Assembly: GCA_018062305.1 (NCBI GenBank)
Contig: JAGOSK010000003.1
Span: 1 to 62,615, forward strand
Origin: Minisyncoccota bacterium
GTDB taxonomy: Bacteria > Patescibacteriota > Minisyncoccia > Phycocordibacterales > CAIZLB01
Reading direction: 5' to 3'
Length of the DNA: 62,615 bases
Made by a program: the position numbers and the translations under genes. Positions 36,465-46,048 of this stretch are shown here, in pieces; position 1 is the stretch's first letter, and every line of letters begins with the position of its first letter. The notes beneath the pieces are model-generated. The model did not search any database and was not told where the DNA came from. It was given only the letters and a program-made list of their open reading frames with translations.

Positions 36465-38795
36465 ATGAATCACACCCAACCTAAAACATATCGAGTGAAA
36501 GGAATGCATTGCGCCTCTTGCGCTGGCATTATTGAGAAGACCTTCAAGAAGACAGAGGGGGTCCACTCTGCCGAGGTAAACTATGGGACCGAAAAGGCAA
36601 AAGTTGCCTTTGACGAATCAAAAACAAGCGCACAGGAGCTTTCAAAGAAGATAGAGCCACTTGGCTATTCTCTTGCCTTGGATCAAGAAATGTCACACGA
36701 GCATGGTGGTCAATCAGCAGAGGAGATGGGTATGTCGGCCGATGAACATGCTGCACATCTCGGGCTTAACCAGTCAAAGAAAGAGAAACTTGCCGAGGTT
36801 TCAGACATGAGAACAAAGCTATTCTCTGCCGTTCCACTCGCAATTTTTGCAGCACTCGTTATGGCCTGGGATATTCTCGCCCAGTACAAAGCGGTCCCAG
36901 AGATGAGCTACACAATCAAAGAGTTTATTCATCATCTCCTTCCGATACTGGCCACATACATCCTGTTTGTTGTCGGAAAGCCATATCTCCAAGGATTTTA
37001 CAGATTTCTCCGATACGGTAAGGCCAACATGGATACACTGATTGGTATAGGAACTTCGGCCGCATTTTTATACAGCTTTGCAGTCACAGCTTTCGAGGAA
37101 GCATTGAGACCATTCATAAACGTTGATTACCAATACTACGATGTAACGATCGTAGTTATTACCTTTATCGCACTCGGTAAATACCTTGAGGCTCGATCAA
37201 AAATAAAGACTGGAGATGCTATAGAAAAACTCCTCAATCTCCAGGCTAAAACAGCTTTGGTGATTCGTGACGGGAAGGAGGTAGAGATTTCAGTCAACGA
37301 AGTAAAACATGGAGATCTCATTATCGTAAAGCCAGGTGCAAAGATCCCAGTAGATGGTGTTATTACCGAAGGGTCCTCATTTATCGATGAGTCCATGGTC
37401 ACCGGAGAGCCAATGCCTGCTCAGAAGAAAATCGGAGACAGTGTTGTATCTGGGACCATAAACACAAGTGGCTCATTCACATTTAGAGCAACAAAAGTTG
37501 GATCAGAAACACTTCTCGCACAGATCATAAAGATGGTTGAAGACGCTCAGGGTAGCAAAGCGCCCATTCAGGCACTGGCAGATAAAATCTCAGCAGTCTT
37601 TGTCCCTATCGTTTTAGTAATTGCTTTTCTTACTCTTGGTGCATGGCTCATCTTCGGATCGCAATACCTGGGATTCTCTCAAGCTCTCTCATTCGGTCTG
37701 GTCTCGTTCGTCGGTATTCTTGTGATCGCATGTCCTTGTGCTCTTGGTCTCGCTACACCAACTGCAATCATCGTCGGAGTTGGTAAGGGAGCTAAGGAAG
37801 GCATTCTTATTAAAGATGCAGCGACACTTGAGAAACTGCATAAGGTAAATACAGTTGTGGTTGATAAGACTGGAACCATTACCAAAGGTAAGCCAACACT
37901 TGTTGATATTCAAAACCTTTCTGATCTTAAAGACGAAGAACTTGTTTCAATCCTTGCTTCACTAGAAAAGAAATCAGAACATCCGATTGCGCATGCGATT
38001 GTAAGTTATGCGCAAGAAAAGAATATCTCCGTATCAGACATATCAAATTTTGAAGGTATACAAGGCAAAGGACTCAAAGGATCAATCAATGGCACAGAAT
38101 ACTTTGTCGGTAATGCAAAGCTCGTAAGCGACCTCAAAGTTTCTTTCGATATCACAAAGCTTAATGAGTTTACTTCTCAAGGTAAAACACCAGTCATTCT
38201 CGCTACCAAAGAGAAGGTCCTCGGCTTTGTCATGGTGGCAGATGAAATAAAAGCAGAGTCAGTTGAAGCGGTAAAGAATCTCCATGCTCTTGGAATTAAA
38301 GTAGTAATGCTTACCGGAGACGATGAAAAGGCTGCCAAGTACATAGCTTCTCTTGTAGGTATTGATGATGTAGTTGCCCATGTCCTACCACAAGACAAGC
38401 TTAAAAAAATCAAAGAGCTTCAGTCACAAGGTCGGGTGGTTGCTATGGCTGGTGACGGCGTAAACGACGCTCCAGCACTCGCTCAAGCAGATGTCGGTAT
38501 CGCCATGGGGACTGGAACAGATGTGGCTATTGAGTCGGCAGGTATTACACTTCTAGGTGGAGATATCTCTAAGCTCGTAAAAGCCATCAAGCTCTCGAAG
38601 ATCACTATGCGTGGCATCAAACAGAACCTCTTTTGGGCATTTATTTACAACATCGTAGGCATACCTCTTGCAGCAGGAGCTTTGTATCCAGTCTTCGGTT
38701 GGCTTTTGAATCCCGTCTTTGCTGGATTTGCCATGGCCATGTCCTCAGTGTCTGTGGTGTCTAACTCACTTCGCATTAAAGCTAAAAAACTATAA
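36465..38795 (+). CDS. copA: Copper-translocating P1B-type ATPase
   Basis: HMA domain GMHCASCAG, CPC, DKTGTIT, GDGVNDAPAL. Confidence 0.95.
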   Translation: MNHTQPKTYRVKGMHCASCAGIIEKTFKKTEGVHSAEVNYGTEKAKVAFDESKTSAQELSKKIEPLGYSLALDQEMSHEHGGQSAEEMGMSADEHAAHLGLNQSKKEKLAEVSDMRTKLFSAVPLAIFAALVMAWDILAQYKAVPEMSYTIKEFIHHLLPILATYILFVVGKPYLQGFYRFLRYGKANMDTLIGIGTSAAFLYSFAVTAFEEALRPFINVDYQYYDVTIVVITFIALGKYLEARSKIKTGDAIEKLLNLQAKTALVIRDGKEVEISVNEVKHGDLIIVKPGAKIPVDGVITEGSSFIDESMVTGEPMPAQKKIGDSVVSGTINTSGSFTFRATKVGSETLLAQIIKMVEDAQGSKAPIQALADKISAVFVPIVLVIAFLTLGAWLIFGSQYLGFSQALSFGLVSFVGILVIACPCALGLATPTAIIVGVGKGAKEGILIKDAATLEKLHKVNTVVVDKTGTITKGKPTLVDIQNLSDLKDEELVSILASLEKKSEHPIAHAIVSYAQEKNISVSDISNFEGIQGKGLKGSINGTEYFVGNAKLVSDLKVSFDITKLNEFTSQGKTPVILATKEKVLGFVMVADEIKAESVEAVKNLHALGIKVVMLTGDDEKAAKYIASLVGIDDVVAHVLPQDKLKKIKELQSQGRVVAMAGDGVNDAPALAQADVGIAMGTGTDVAIESAGITLLGGDISKLVKAIKLSKITMRGIKQNLFWAFIYNIVGIPLAAGALYPVFGWLLNPVFAGFAMAMSSVSVVSNSLRIKAKKL

Positions 38796-39412
38796 TGAAA
38801 AAACTCCTCTCATTATTAATAATCATAAGTGTCCTAGTAATAGGGGTGTTTGGTTTTACCTCAATGAATCATGGGGCAAATCATTCTGTGGGATGTATAG
38901 CTTCGGCCGTAGATAATACGCCATGTCCTGAAAATATTGCTGCTATGTCGGTCCATCATATTCAGGCATTCATTTCATTCTTTAGTGTTATCCCTTCGAT
39001 TCCGTTTATCTTCCTGCTTGTATTGTTTCTCGCAGTATTTCTGAGTGCAGGATTTCTCTATATAAAATATCGGGACTTACTTTTAACCAATCTGGCATTT
39101 TGGCGAATCCGACACGATCCCGAACGTCAGCTTGCTCGTCCAAGGGAAATTATTCGCTGGCTTTCTCTACTTGAAAACAGTCCTTCGATGCATAGAATTT
39201 TCATTATAAATTCTAATCTCATAAATCTATGCAAACAAAAAAGTCTAAGGAAAATAAAAAACATAAAACTATCGATCCAGAAGTGGCATTCGATCTTGTC
39301 TGCGGAATGGAGCTTGATGCAGACGGCATTAAGGCAACTGCAGACTACAAAGGTAAGACTTACTACTTTTGTGCCATCCACTGCAAGAATCACTTTACAG
39401 CCGATCCTGTGA
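38795..39412 (+). CDS. Small membrane protein; the 3' ~180 nt overlap the YHS gene and look non-coding
   Basis: Signal/TM, Cys/His-rich loop (NHGANHSVGCIASAVDNTPCPEN, SVHHIQ), second TM. The tail beyond about aa 135 is low-quality sequence. Confidence 0.45.
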   Translation: MKKLLSLLIIISVLVIGVFGFTSMNHGANHSVGCIASAVDNTPCPENIAAMSVHHIQAFISFFSVIPSIPFIFLLVLFLAVFLSAGFLYIKYRDLLLTNLAFWRIRHDPERQLARPREIIRWLSLLENSPSMHRIFIINSNLINLCKQKSLRKIKNIKLSIQKWHSILSAEWSLMQTALRQLQTTKVRLTTFVPSTARITLQPIL

Positions 39413-39429
39413 AGTATGCCGGAGAGTAA
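39229..39429 (+). CDS. YHS/TRASH-domain metal-binding protein
   Basis: DLVCGMELDADGIKATADYKGKTYYFCAIHCKNHFTADPVKY. Confidence 0.8.
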   Translation: MQTKKSKENKKHKTIDPEVAFDLVCGMELDADGIKATADYKGKTYYFCAIHCKNHFTADPVKYAGE

Positions 39430-39452
39430 ATTATTAAACTAACTACATTACT

Positions 39453-40097
39453 ATGAACAACAATCAAAACAACAAAATCTTATACGGTATTGGAGGTATT
39501 GTGATAGGACTTCTCCTTGCCGGAGTGCTTTATCCGATGATGCGGTATGGCAATTACGGAATGATGAACTGGAGAAATAACTCCGTGTCGAACCAAAGAG
39601 TAAGCGACAACACCCAAGTGGCAGGTACAATCGACAAACACTTCATCGAACAGATGATTCCACATCACGAAGGAGCAATTGCCATGGCAAATCTCGCGCT
39701 TACGAAAGCAAAACATCCAGAGATCAAGACTCTAGCAACGGCGATCATCGCAGCCCAGACAACAGAGATTCAAAGCATGAATGGCTGGTATCAGGACTGG
39801 TTTGGAAACGTTGTTCCAAAAGTAAGCACTGGAATGATGGGTGGCGGCATGATGTCACAGAGTGGTATGCATATGGGCGGACAGGAAGATATGACGGCAT
39901 TGGAAAACGCTACTGATTTCGATAAGGCATTCATCGAGGAAATGATTCCTCATCATCAGTTGGCGATCATGATGGCAAATATGCTCCAGTCAGGGACCAG
40001 TCGTCCTGAGATGCAGCAGCTCGCAAGGAACATCATCTCATCTCAATCAAAAGAAATTCAGCAAATGCAGGCTTGGTATACTCAGTGGTACAAATAA
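39453..40097 (+). CDS. DUF305 family protein (copper-resistance associated)
   Basis: Duplicated motif FIEQMIPHHEGAIAMA / FIEEMIPHHQLAIMMA, plus a Met/Gly-rich linker. Confidence 0.8.
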   Translation: MNNNQNNKILYGIGGIVIGLLLAGVLYPMMRYGNYGMMNWRNNSVSNQRVSDNTQVAGTIDKHFIEQMIPHHEGAIAMANLALTKAKHPEIKTLATAIIAAQTTEIQSMNGWYQDWFGNVVPKVSTGMMGGGMMSQSGMHMGGQEDMTALENATDFDKAFIEEMIPHHQLAIMMANMLQSGTSRPEMQQLARNIISSQSKEIQQMQAWYTQWYK

Positions 40098-40129
40098 ATT
40101 TATTAAAAAATAATTAAACATAAAAATAT

Positions 40130-40351
40130 ATGAAACTATCAAAAGTAATGCATGTAGGAAGTGTTATCACAGGTTTTGTTGGAGTAATAGTATTTATAGG
40201 AACACTCATCGGCGGTGGCGACAATCTAGTGTTTGGAATTACAAAAATGGATGCATTAGCGTGTTCTGCGATTCTTATCCTTATCGCCACATGGCTTCAG
40301 ATCGCAACCATCCATCACATGATGCTTGAGAAAAAGGGAGAGATTGTGTAA
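40130..40351 (+). CDS. Small two-TM membrane protein
   Basis: ORF inside the copper cluster, hydrophobic. Confidence 0.45.
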   Translation: MKLSKVMHVGSVITGFVGVIVFIGTLIGGGDNLVFGITKMDALACSAILILIATWLQIATIHHMMLEKKGEIV

Positions 40352-40372
40352 TCAAGAGAAATATTATCAATC

Positions 40373-41392
40373 ATGAAAACACTAACCTTCCACGTACATG
40401 GCATGCACTGCAACGCTTGTGTGCTCATGACAGAAAGCGAGCTTGGAGACTTGCCTAATATCACTCACGTTAAATCGAGCCTTAAGAATCATTCAGTAGA
40501 AGTTACCGGAGACTTTGGAGATAAAACACAGGAACAAATTGCTGAAGAACTTACTGTTCCACTGAAGCCTCATGGCTACACAGTCTCAGTAGAAAAACAA
40601 CAGCACAATGCTAAATGGGGAGACTTCAAGATTGCAGTGCCTATCGCACTCGGCTTTGCGGTGCTCTTTGTGGTGCTACAGAAAATGGGAATAGTAAATC
40701 TTGTTAGCGCTGGCAATGTAACCTACGGCACAGCATTTGTGATCGGCATCATTGCGTCACTCTCAACATGCATGGCGGTTGTTGGTGGACTGGTCCTCTC
40801 AATGTCTGCCACATTTGCTAAAGAAGGAGATAGGGTCCGGCCCCAGCTCATGTTCCATGCAGGACGAATCGCTTCATTCTTTGTTCTCGGCGGAGTAATA
40901 GGAGCAATTGGATCGGCGTTCACGCTCAACACATCGGCGACATTTATTCTGAGCCTGATTATTGGCATCGTCATGCTGATTCTCGGTATCAATCTTCTCG
41001 ACACTTTCCACTGGGCAAAGAAACTCCAGCCTTCAATGCCGAAGTTCATCGCAAAACATGCTTATGGTGTGTCGAAGTTAAATCACACCCTTACTCCGCT
41101 TCTAGTTGGTGTTGCAACATTCTTCCTACCATGCGGATTCACTCAATCAATGCAGCTCTATACATTGACCACAGGAAGTTTCCTCACTGGAGGACTCACC
41201 ATGCTTGCGTTCGCACTCGGTACGTTGCCAGTCCTTGCTCTCATTAGCTTCAGCTCATTCAGTATTCAAAAGAGTTCCAAAGCCGGAGTCTTCTTCAAGA
41301 CAGCGGGACTGATCGTGATCATGTTCGCACTCTTCAACCTTATTAATAGCTTGGTCGTGATTGGGGTTATACCGCCAGTCTTTAATTTCTAG
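40373..41392 (+). CDS. HMA-domain fusion to a DsbD_2/TauE-like polytopic membrane protein
   Basis: N-terminal HVHGMHCNACV followed by six or more TM helices, with Cys in a TM segment (FFLPCGFTQ). Confidence 0.65.
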   Translation: MKTLTFHVHGMHCNACVLMTESELGDLPNITHVKSSLKNHSVEVTGDFGDKTQEQIAEELTVPLKPHGYTVSVEKQQHNAKWGDFKIAVPIALGFAVLFVVLQKMGIVNLVSAGNVTYGTAFVIGIIASLSTCMAVVGGLVLSMSATFAKEGDRVRPQLMFHAGRIASFFVLGGVIGAIGSAFTLNTSATFILSLIIGIVMLILGINLLDTFHWAKKLQPSMPKFIAKHAYGVSKLNHTLTPLLVGVATFFLPCGFTQSMQLYTLTTGSFLTGGLTMLAFALGTLPVLALISFSSFSIQKSSKAGVFFKTAGLIVIMFALFNLINSLVVIGVIPPVFNF

Positions 41393-41405
41393 TATAATCT
41401 CATTT

Positions 41406-41795
41406 ATGAAAGCAACTATTATTTCAGTCATTGTGGCAGTAGTCCTCATCGGAGGAGCTTTTATGCTGACCAGAAGTGGTGGCAATACAGCACAAGTGGC
41501 AAATGCAAACAACGTCACTGTTGTAGACGGAAAACAAATCATCGAGATAAGTGCCAAAGGCGGCTACCAGCCACGAAAGAGTATTGCTAAGGCAGGTATC
41601 CCAACTATCATCCGGTTCAACACAAAAGGAACCTTCGATTGCTCATCATCGGTCCGTATCCCAAGCATGGGTATAAGCAAATCGCTTCCACAGACAGGAT
41701 CAACTGACATTGATATTGGTAGTGGTAAGCTCGGCACACTCCAGGGATCGTGCGGAATGGGAATGTATCCGTTCGAGGTAGAGTTTCAGAGTTGA
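41406..41795 (+). CDS. Membrane-anchored cupredoxin-like domain protein
   Basis: Start at MKATIISVIVAVVLIGG (ATG 41406). ...IIRFNTKGTFDCSSSVRIPSMGI...GSCGMGMYPFEVEF. Confidence 0.55.
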   Translation: MKATIISVIVAVVLIGGAFMLTRSGGNTAQVANANNVTVVDGKQIIEISAKGGYQPRKSIAKAGIPTIIRFNTKGTFDCSSSVRIPSMGISKSLPQTGSTDIDIGSGKLGTLQGSCGMGMYPFEVEFQS

Positions 41796-42010
41796 TCTTG
41801 TTCCAGTTTTTTAATCAAAGCTGGCAATGTATCTTTTCTCCGTTTCTGGATAGCATCGAACTGTTCCTGGGTCATGGGTCTATAAACAGCTTTCATCAAA
41901 GTCAAAAGCTTTGTGCCTTTTGCGAGAGCCTCTTGCCGAGAAATATCCTTATTGAAATGCTTTTTATAAAGTGCCTGGAAACTCTCGAGGTCTTTATCTG
42001 TGAGTTGCAT
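41786..42010 (-). CDS. Small conserved hypothetical protein, paralog of 51129-51398
   Basis: 74 aa. Aligns without gaps to the N-terminal 43 aa of the 51129 ORF, including TKLLT and VYRP. Confidence 0.55.
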   Translation of the reverse strand: MQLTDKDLESFQALYKKHFNKDISRQEALAKGTKLLTLMKAVYRPMTQEQFDAIQKRRKDTLPALIKKLEQDQL

Positions 42011-42156
42011 AACGGAACATTATTCCTTGGCAATAAAAAAGTAAAGGTCCCGCTAGACTTCTTAGGAACCTTCTAGATCAAGAAATAGCAGGAACTTTTA
42101 ATTTGAAACCAGTGTATTAAAAGTTAAGGTCTCAAACTTTAATATGTTTTATAAAT

Positions 42157-42215
42157 TAGTGAACAGACCCTTATTTTAAGGACTTATTCACTAGTTTTTA
42201 CCTAAGTTTAGTGAA
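42157..42215. promoter_or_regulatory. TAGTGAA repeat triplet upstream of abiEi (candidate operator)
   Basis: TAGTGAA at 42157-42163 and 42209-42215, inverted copy TTCACTA at 42187-42193. Confidence 0.35.
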
Positions 42216-42295
42216 TTTATAGATATTGCTGATATTACTAAAATATGCTAGTATTGTGACTAGAAAGGGATTTAAACACCCCTTTCAGTCATCGA

Positions 42296-42901
42296 ATGGA
42301 TAAAATACCCACAAAAGGTGAATATTTAGAGGTCTTATTGAGATCCACAAAAACAATCTTTTCCACAAAGGATGCGGCTTTGTTGTGGAGTGAAGACGAC
42401 AATAAGATTGTTACCGACAGATTAAAGAAGTATGTAAACGCCGAGAAGTTGGTCAGACCATACAGAGGATTATATGCAAAAGACAAAGACTTTGATCATT
42501 TTGAATTAGCGACTCGTATTTACACACCCTCATACATCAGCTTTGAAACAGTTTTAACAAGAGAGGGTGTAAATTTTCAATATTACGGAAACATTTTTGT
42601 TGCCTCATATGTAAATCGAGAGATTAGTGTTGGTGAGCAGAAAATCACATTCGTCCGAATGAAAGATTATGTTTTGAGTAATACTACCGGCATCGAACAT
42701 AAAGATGGTTATGCGATTGCGACCAGAGAGCGAGCTTTTTTGGATCGTGTATATGTGAGCAAGGATTACCACTTTGATAACTTGGCTAATTTGAATTGGG
42801 ATAAGGTATTTGAATATTTGCCTATCTATCATAACAAGCGCTTGGACAAGAAAATCAAAGAATACTTTAAAAGCTATCAGGATAACCAGATAAAGAAATA
42901 A
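42296..42901 (+). CDS. abiEi: AbiEi-family type IV antitoxin / transcriptional regulator
   Basis: DRLKKYVNAEKLVRPYRGLYAKDK...TPSYISFETVLTREGV. Directly precedes an AbiEii-like gene. Confidence 0.7.
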   Translation: MDKIPTKGEYLEVLLRSTKTIFSTKDAALLWSEDDNKIVTDRLKKYVNAEKLVRPYRGLYAKDKDFDHFELATRIYTPSYISFETVLTREGVNFQYYGNIFVASYVNREISVGEQKITFVRMKDYVLSNTTGIEHKDGYAIATRERAFLDRVYVSKDYHFDNLANLNWDKVFEYLPIYHNKRLDKKIKEYFKSYQDNQIKK

Positions 42902-42902
42902 C

Positions 42903-43598
42903 ATGACGTTAGATTACTCAAAACATAAGAATATTTTATTACAGATTTTGAAGGACATCTATTCTGATACCTCTATTGCTCCCTACTTAGGGTTTAAGGG
43001 CGGTACTGCCGCCATGATGTTTTATGACTTACCGAGAAACTCTGTAGATTTGGATTTGGACTTATTGGATGAGACAAAAGAAAAAGAGGTATTTGAGAAG
43101 ATAAATAAAATCATCACCAACTACGGAAAGATTACAGACTCATACATACAGAGATTCAATTTGAGAAATGTCATCTCATACGATCCAAAGGCTCAGAATA
43201 TAAAAGTGGAAGTAAACCGTCGCCAATTCGGTTCAAAGTATGAAATGAAAACCTTGCTTGGTATCTCTATGCTTGTCATGGTCCAAGAAGATATGTTTGC
43301 TCATAAGTTGATGGCGATGCTTGAACGAATCGGCAAAACAAGTCGAGACATATTTGATGTTCAATATTTTGCTAAAAATAACTGGCCAATAAATCGAAAA
43401 ATTGTAGAGGAACGCTCAGGTGTTTCTTACAAACAGGCATTAGAAAAATCTATTGCTATGTTGGAGTCGATGGACAATAAGCATATCTTAGACGGGCTTG
43501 GTGAATTACTTACTGACTCACAGAAAGATTCTGCGCGTGCCAAATTAAAGAATGACACCATCTTTATATTGAAGGTAATGCACAGTAACGAAAAATAA
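42903..43598 (+). CDS. abiEii: AbiEii/AbiGii-family nucleotidyltransferase toxin (DUF1814)
   Basis: LGFKGGTAAMMFYDLPRNSVDLDLDL. Starts 1 nt after the abiEi stop. Confidence 0.75.
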   Translation: MTLDYSKHKNILLQILKDIYSDTSIAPYLGFKGGTAAMMFYDLPRNSVDLDLDLLDETKEKEVFEKINKIITNYGKITDSYIQRFNLRNVISYDPKAQNIKVEVNRRQFGSKYEMKTLLGISMLVMVQEDMFAHKLMAMLERIGKTSRDIFDVQYFAKNNWPINRKIVEERSGVSYKQALEKSIAMLESMDNKHILDGLGELLTDSQKDSARAKLKNDTIFILKVMHSNEK

Positions 43599-43602
43599 AT
43601 CT

Positions 43603-43791
43603 ATGAATCCAGTTGCAAACCAAAACAAAAAAGAAACCTATATCAAGTGTAAAAAGTGTGGCACTGAGATCTTTTGGAATACACACAAGAAAATGACCCC
43701 ATGCAAGTGCGGGGCTATTGAGATTGATGGAACTGAAGGATACGTAAGGGTGATTGGCAGTAAAGAGGATTACGAAGAAGTACAAAAATAA
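43603..43791 (+). CDS. Small zinc-ribbon-like protein
   Basis: CKKCGTEIFWNTHKKMTPCKCGAIEIDG (CxxC...CxC). Wedged between abiEii and mod with 4-nt gaps. Confidence 0.5.
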   Translation: MNPVANQNKKETYIKCKKCGTEIFWNTHKKMTPCKCGAIEIDGTEGYVRVIGSKEDYEEVQK

Positions 43792-43795
43792 TTAT

Positions 43796-46048
43796 ATGAA
43801 ACTTACTGATAATGAAAAACGAGATATCGTAAAATACTTGGAAGCTGGAAAACCTCTTCCAGAGAAATATCGCTTTTTACTATTCAATGATGATCGAGAG
43901 GTCGAACTTCTTTGGAACGGAAAAACAAATGAAGTAACTAATGTTGTTTTACCTTTTCAAGTGATAGAACAAATTGACGAGCCAAGAAGTGATGCGAAAT
44001 TTGGTAATCAAAATTCTCTTTTTGATACATCAGGTAGACAAATAACCGGTTGGACAAACAAATTGATCTGGGGAGACAACAAGCTCATTCTCTCCTCTCT
44101 AAAGAATGGTCCGCTGCGAAAAGAAATAGAAGCTCAAGGTGGGTTGAAATTGGTCTATATTGATCCACCATTTGATGTAGGGGCAGACTTTTCAATGGAT
44201 ATAAGTATTGGTGATGGCGAAGGTGAACAAAGTTTTACAAAAAAACCATCTGTGATAGAAGAAATCGCTTACCGTGACACTTGGGGTAAGGGTGCTGATA
44301 GCTTCATTGCAATGATATATGAGCGACTAAAATTAATACACGATCTATTGGCGGAAGATGGGAGTATTTACGTACATTGTGATTGGAGAGTAAATAGTTA
44401 TATGAGATTGGTGCTTGATGAGATATTTGGTAAGGATAATTTTATGAATGAGATTGCCTGGCAAAAAATTAGAACCACAAAAGCTCAATCACTTGGATTT
44501 GGAAATGTTCACGATTCAATTTTATTCTATAGGAAAAGTGATAATGCAATTTTTAATAACCAGTTTACAGAATTAGACCCTAATTATATCGAATCACATT
44601 ACAAAACTGATCCAAAAACAAACCGTCTCTACAGAACAGTCTCAATGGTACAAAAAGGTTCAGGTCCTGCGCGAGATTTTGGAGGTAAGGTTATATCTCC
44701 ACCACCTGGAAGACATTGGATTTGGAGCCAGGAAAGAATTAATGAGGCCATAAAAAATAATAGAATTCGATTTACATCTACTGGGACACCTGAAAAAATC
44801 CAATTTCTCGATGAAATGTCCGGAGATATTGTTGATGATATGTGGAGTGACATATACCCGATCAATTCACAGGCTCTTGAGGCGCAAGGTTACCCAACTC
44901 AAAAGCCAGAGGATCTATTGGAGAGAATAATTAAAGCGTCTTCGAATGAAGGCGATCTCATCGCAGATTTTTTCTGTGGTTCAGGAACAACACTAACAGT
45001 GGCAGAAAAGCATGGCCGAAAATGGATCGGAACAGATCTGGGTAAATTTGGTATTCATACGTCTAGAAAAAGGATGATTGGCGTACAAAGAGAGATGAAA
45101 AAAGAAAGTAAGAATTTTAGGGCTTTTGAGATTTTGAATGTTGGTAGATATGAGAGAGAAAATTTCCTTGCAACCAACAATGATTTACGAGCGGAGGAAA
45201 AAGCACAGCAAGCAGAGAGAAAAGAAAAAGAGTTTATAAAAATGATTCTTTCGGCCTATAAAGCTGAACCCGTTGAATCTTTTGTAAACATGCTCGGTAA
45301 GAAGAGGGACCGACTTGTAGCGGTAGGACCAATTAATACACCTGTTTCTTCAAGGTTGGTCCAGGAGATCGTGAAGGAATGTAAGGAAAAAGGAATTACT
45401 AAAGTTGATGTGCTTGGCTTTGATTATGAAATGGGTCTTGATTTCGGTGAGTATAAAGACCAAGGAATTGATATTGCTTTTAGAATAATTCCAAGAGAGG
45501 TTTTTGATAAAAAAGCTGTAGAAAAAGGGCAAGTTAAGTTTTACGATGTGGCATTTATTGAGGCTAAGCCGATTATTAAAGGCAAAGGAAAGGATAAAGA
45601 GATATCAATCGAGCTCTCTGATTTTTCAGTTTTCTACAATCAAGATGATTCTGGTGAAGTCTCCGAGGCTCTACGCCCTGGTGGGTCTAAGGTGGTAGTA
45701 GAAGATGGTCAGGTTGTTAAGATTTTAAAAGATAAAAAGACTGAAGAAGTTTCGAAAGAGATTTTGACGAAGAAATGGAGTGATTGGATCGATTACTGGG
45801 CTGTTGATTTCGATTTTGCAAGCCGAAAAGAAATAATCAAAGTAATTGAGAATGGTGAAGAAAAAGAAATATGGACCGGTGATTACATCTTTGATAATGA
45901 GTGGCAAAGTTTTCGAACAAAGAAGAATAGGAATCTCGATCTGATCAGTGCGCCAAAAGTAGCGGCAAAGGGCTCTTATAAAGTTGCTGTAAAAGTGGTT
46001 GATATCTTTGGAAATGACACAACGAGAGTAATTGAAGTAACTATATGA
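43796..46048 (+). CDS. mod: Type III-like DNA methyltransferase (Mod), beta-class N6A/N4C MTase
   Basis: Start at MKLTDNEKRD (ATG 43796). VELLWNGK, motif IV VYIDPPFDVG preceding motif I FFCGSGTTLTVAEKHGRKWIGTDL, and a long C-terminal region. Confidence 0.85.
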   Translation: MKLTDNEKRDIVKYLEAGKPLPEKYRFLLFNDDREVELLWNGKTNEVTNVVLPFQVIEQIDEPRSDAKFGNQNSLFDTSGRQITGWTNKLIWGDNKLILSSLKNGPLRKEIEAQGGLKLVYIDPPFDVGADFSMDISIGDGEGEQSFTKKPSVIEEIAYRDTWGKGADSFIAMIYERLKLIHDLLAEDGSIYVHCDWRVNSYMRLVLDEIFGKDNFMNEIAWQKIRTTKAQSLGFGNVHDSILFYRKSDNAIFNNQFTELDPNYIESHYKTDPKTNRLYRTVSMVQKGSGPARDFGGKVISPPPGRHWIWSQERINEAIKNNRIRFTSTGTPEKIQFLDEMSGDIVDDMWSDIYPINSQALEAQGYPTQKPEDLLERIIKASSNEGDLIADFFCGSGTTLTVAEKHGRKWIGTDLGKFGIHTSRKRMIGVQREMKKESKNFRAFEILNVGRYERENFLATNNDLRAEEKAQQAERKEKEFIKMILSAYKAEPVESFVNMLGKKRDRLVAVGPINTPVSSRLVQEIVKECKEKGITKVDVLGFDYEMGLDFGEYKDQGIDIAFRIIPREVFDKKAVEKGQVKFYDVAFIEAKPIIKGKGKDKEISIELSDFSVFYNQDDSGEVSEALRPGGSKVVVEDGQVVKILKDKKTEEVSKEILTKKWSDWIDYWAVDFDFASRKEIIKVIENGEEKEIWTGDYIFDNEWQSFRTKKNRNLDLISAPKVAAKGSYKVAVKVVDIFGNDTTRVIEVTI

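Noticed and set aside
42211-42220. 10-mer GAATTTATAG shared with array unit 6 (50931-50940)
   Set aside because: A single shared AT-rich 10-mer in 62 kb on two strands is close to chance expectation. I kept only the multi-word match at 42036-42097, and only as a low-interest finding.
43796-44100. Simple-sequence repeats in mod that could give phase variation, as in many Type III systems
   Set aside because: I found no homopolymer or short tandem tract of meaningful length in the 5' part of mod or upstream of it.
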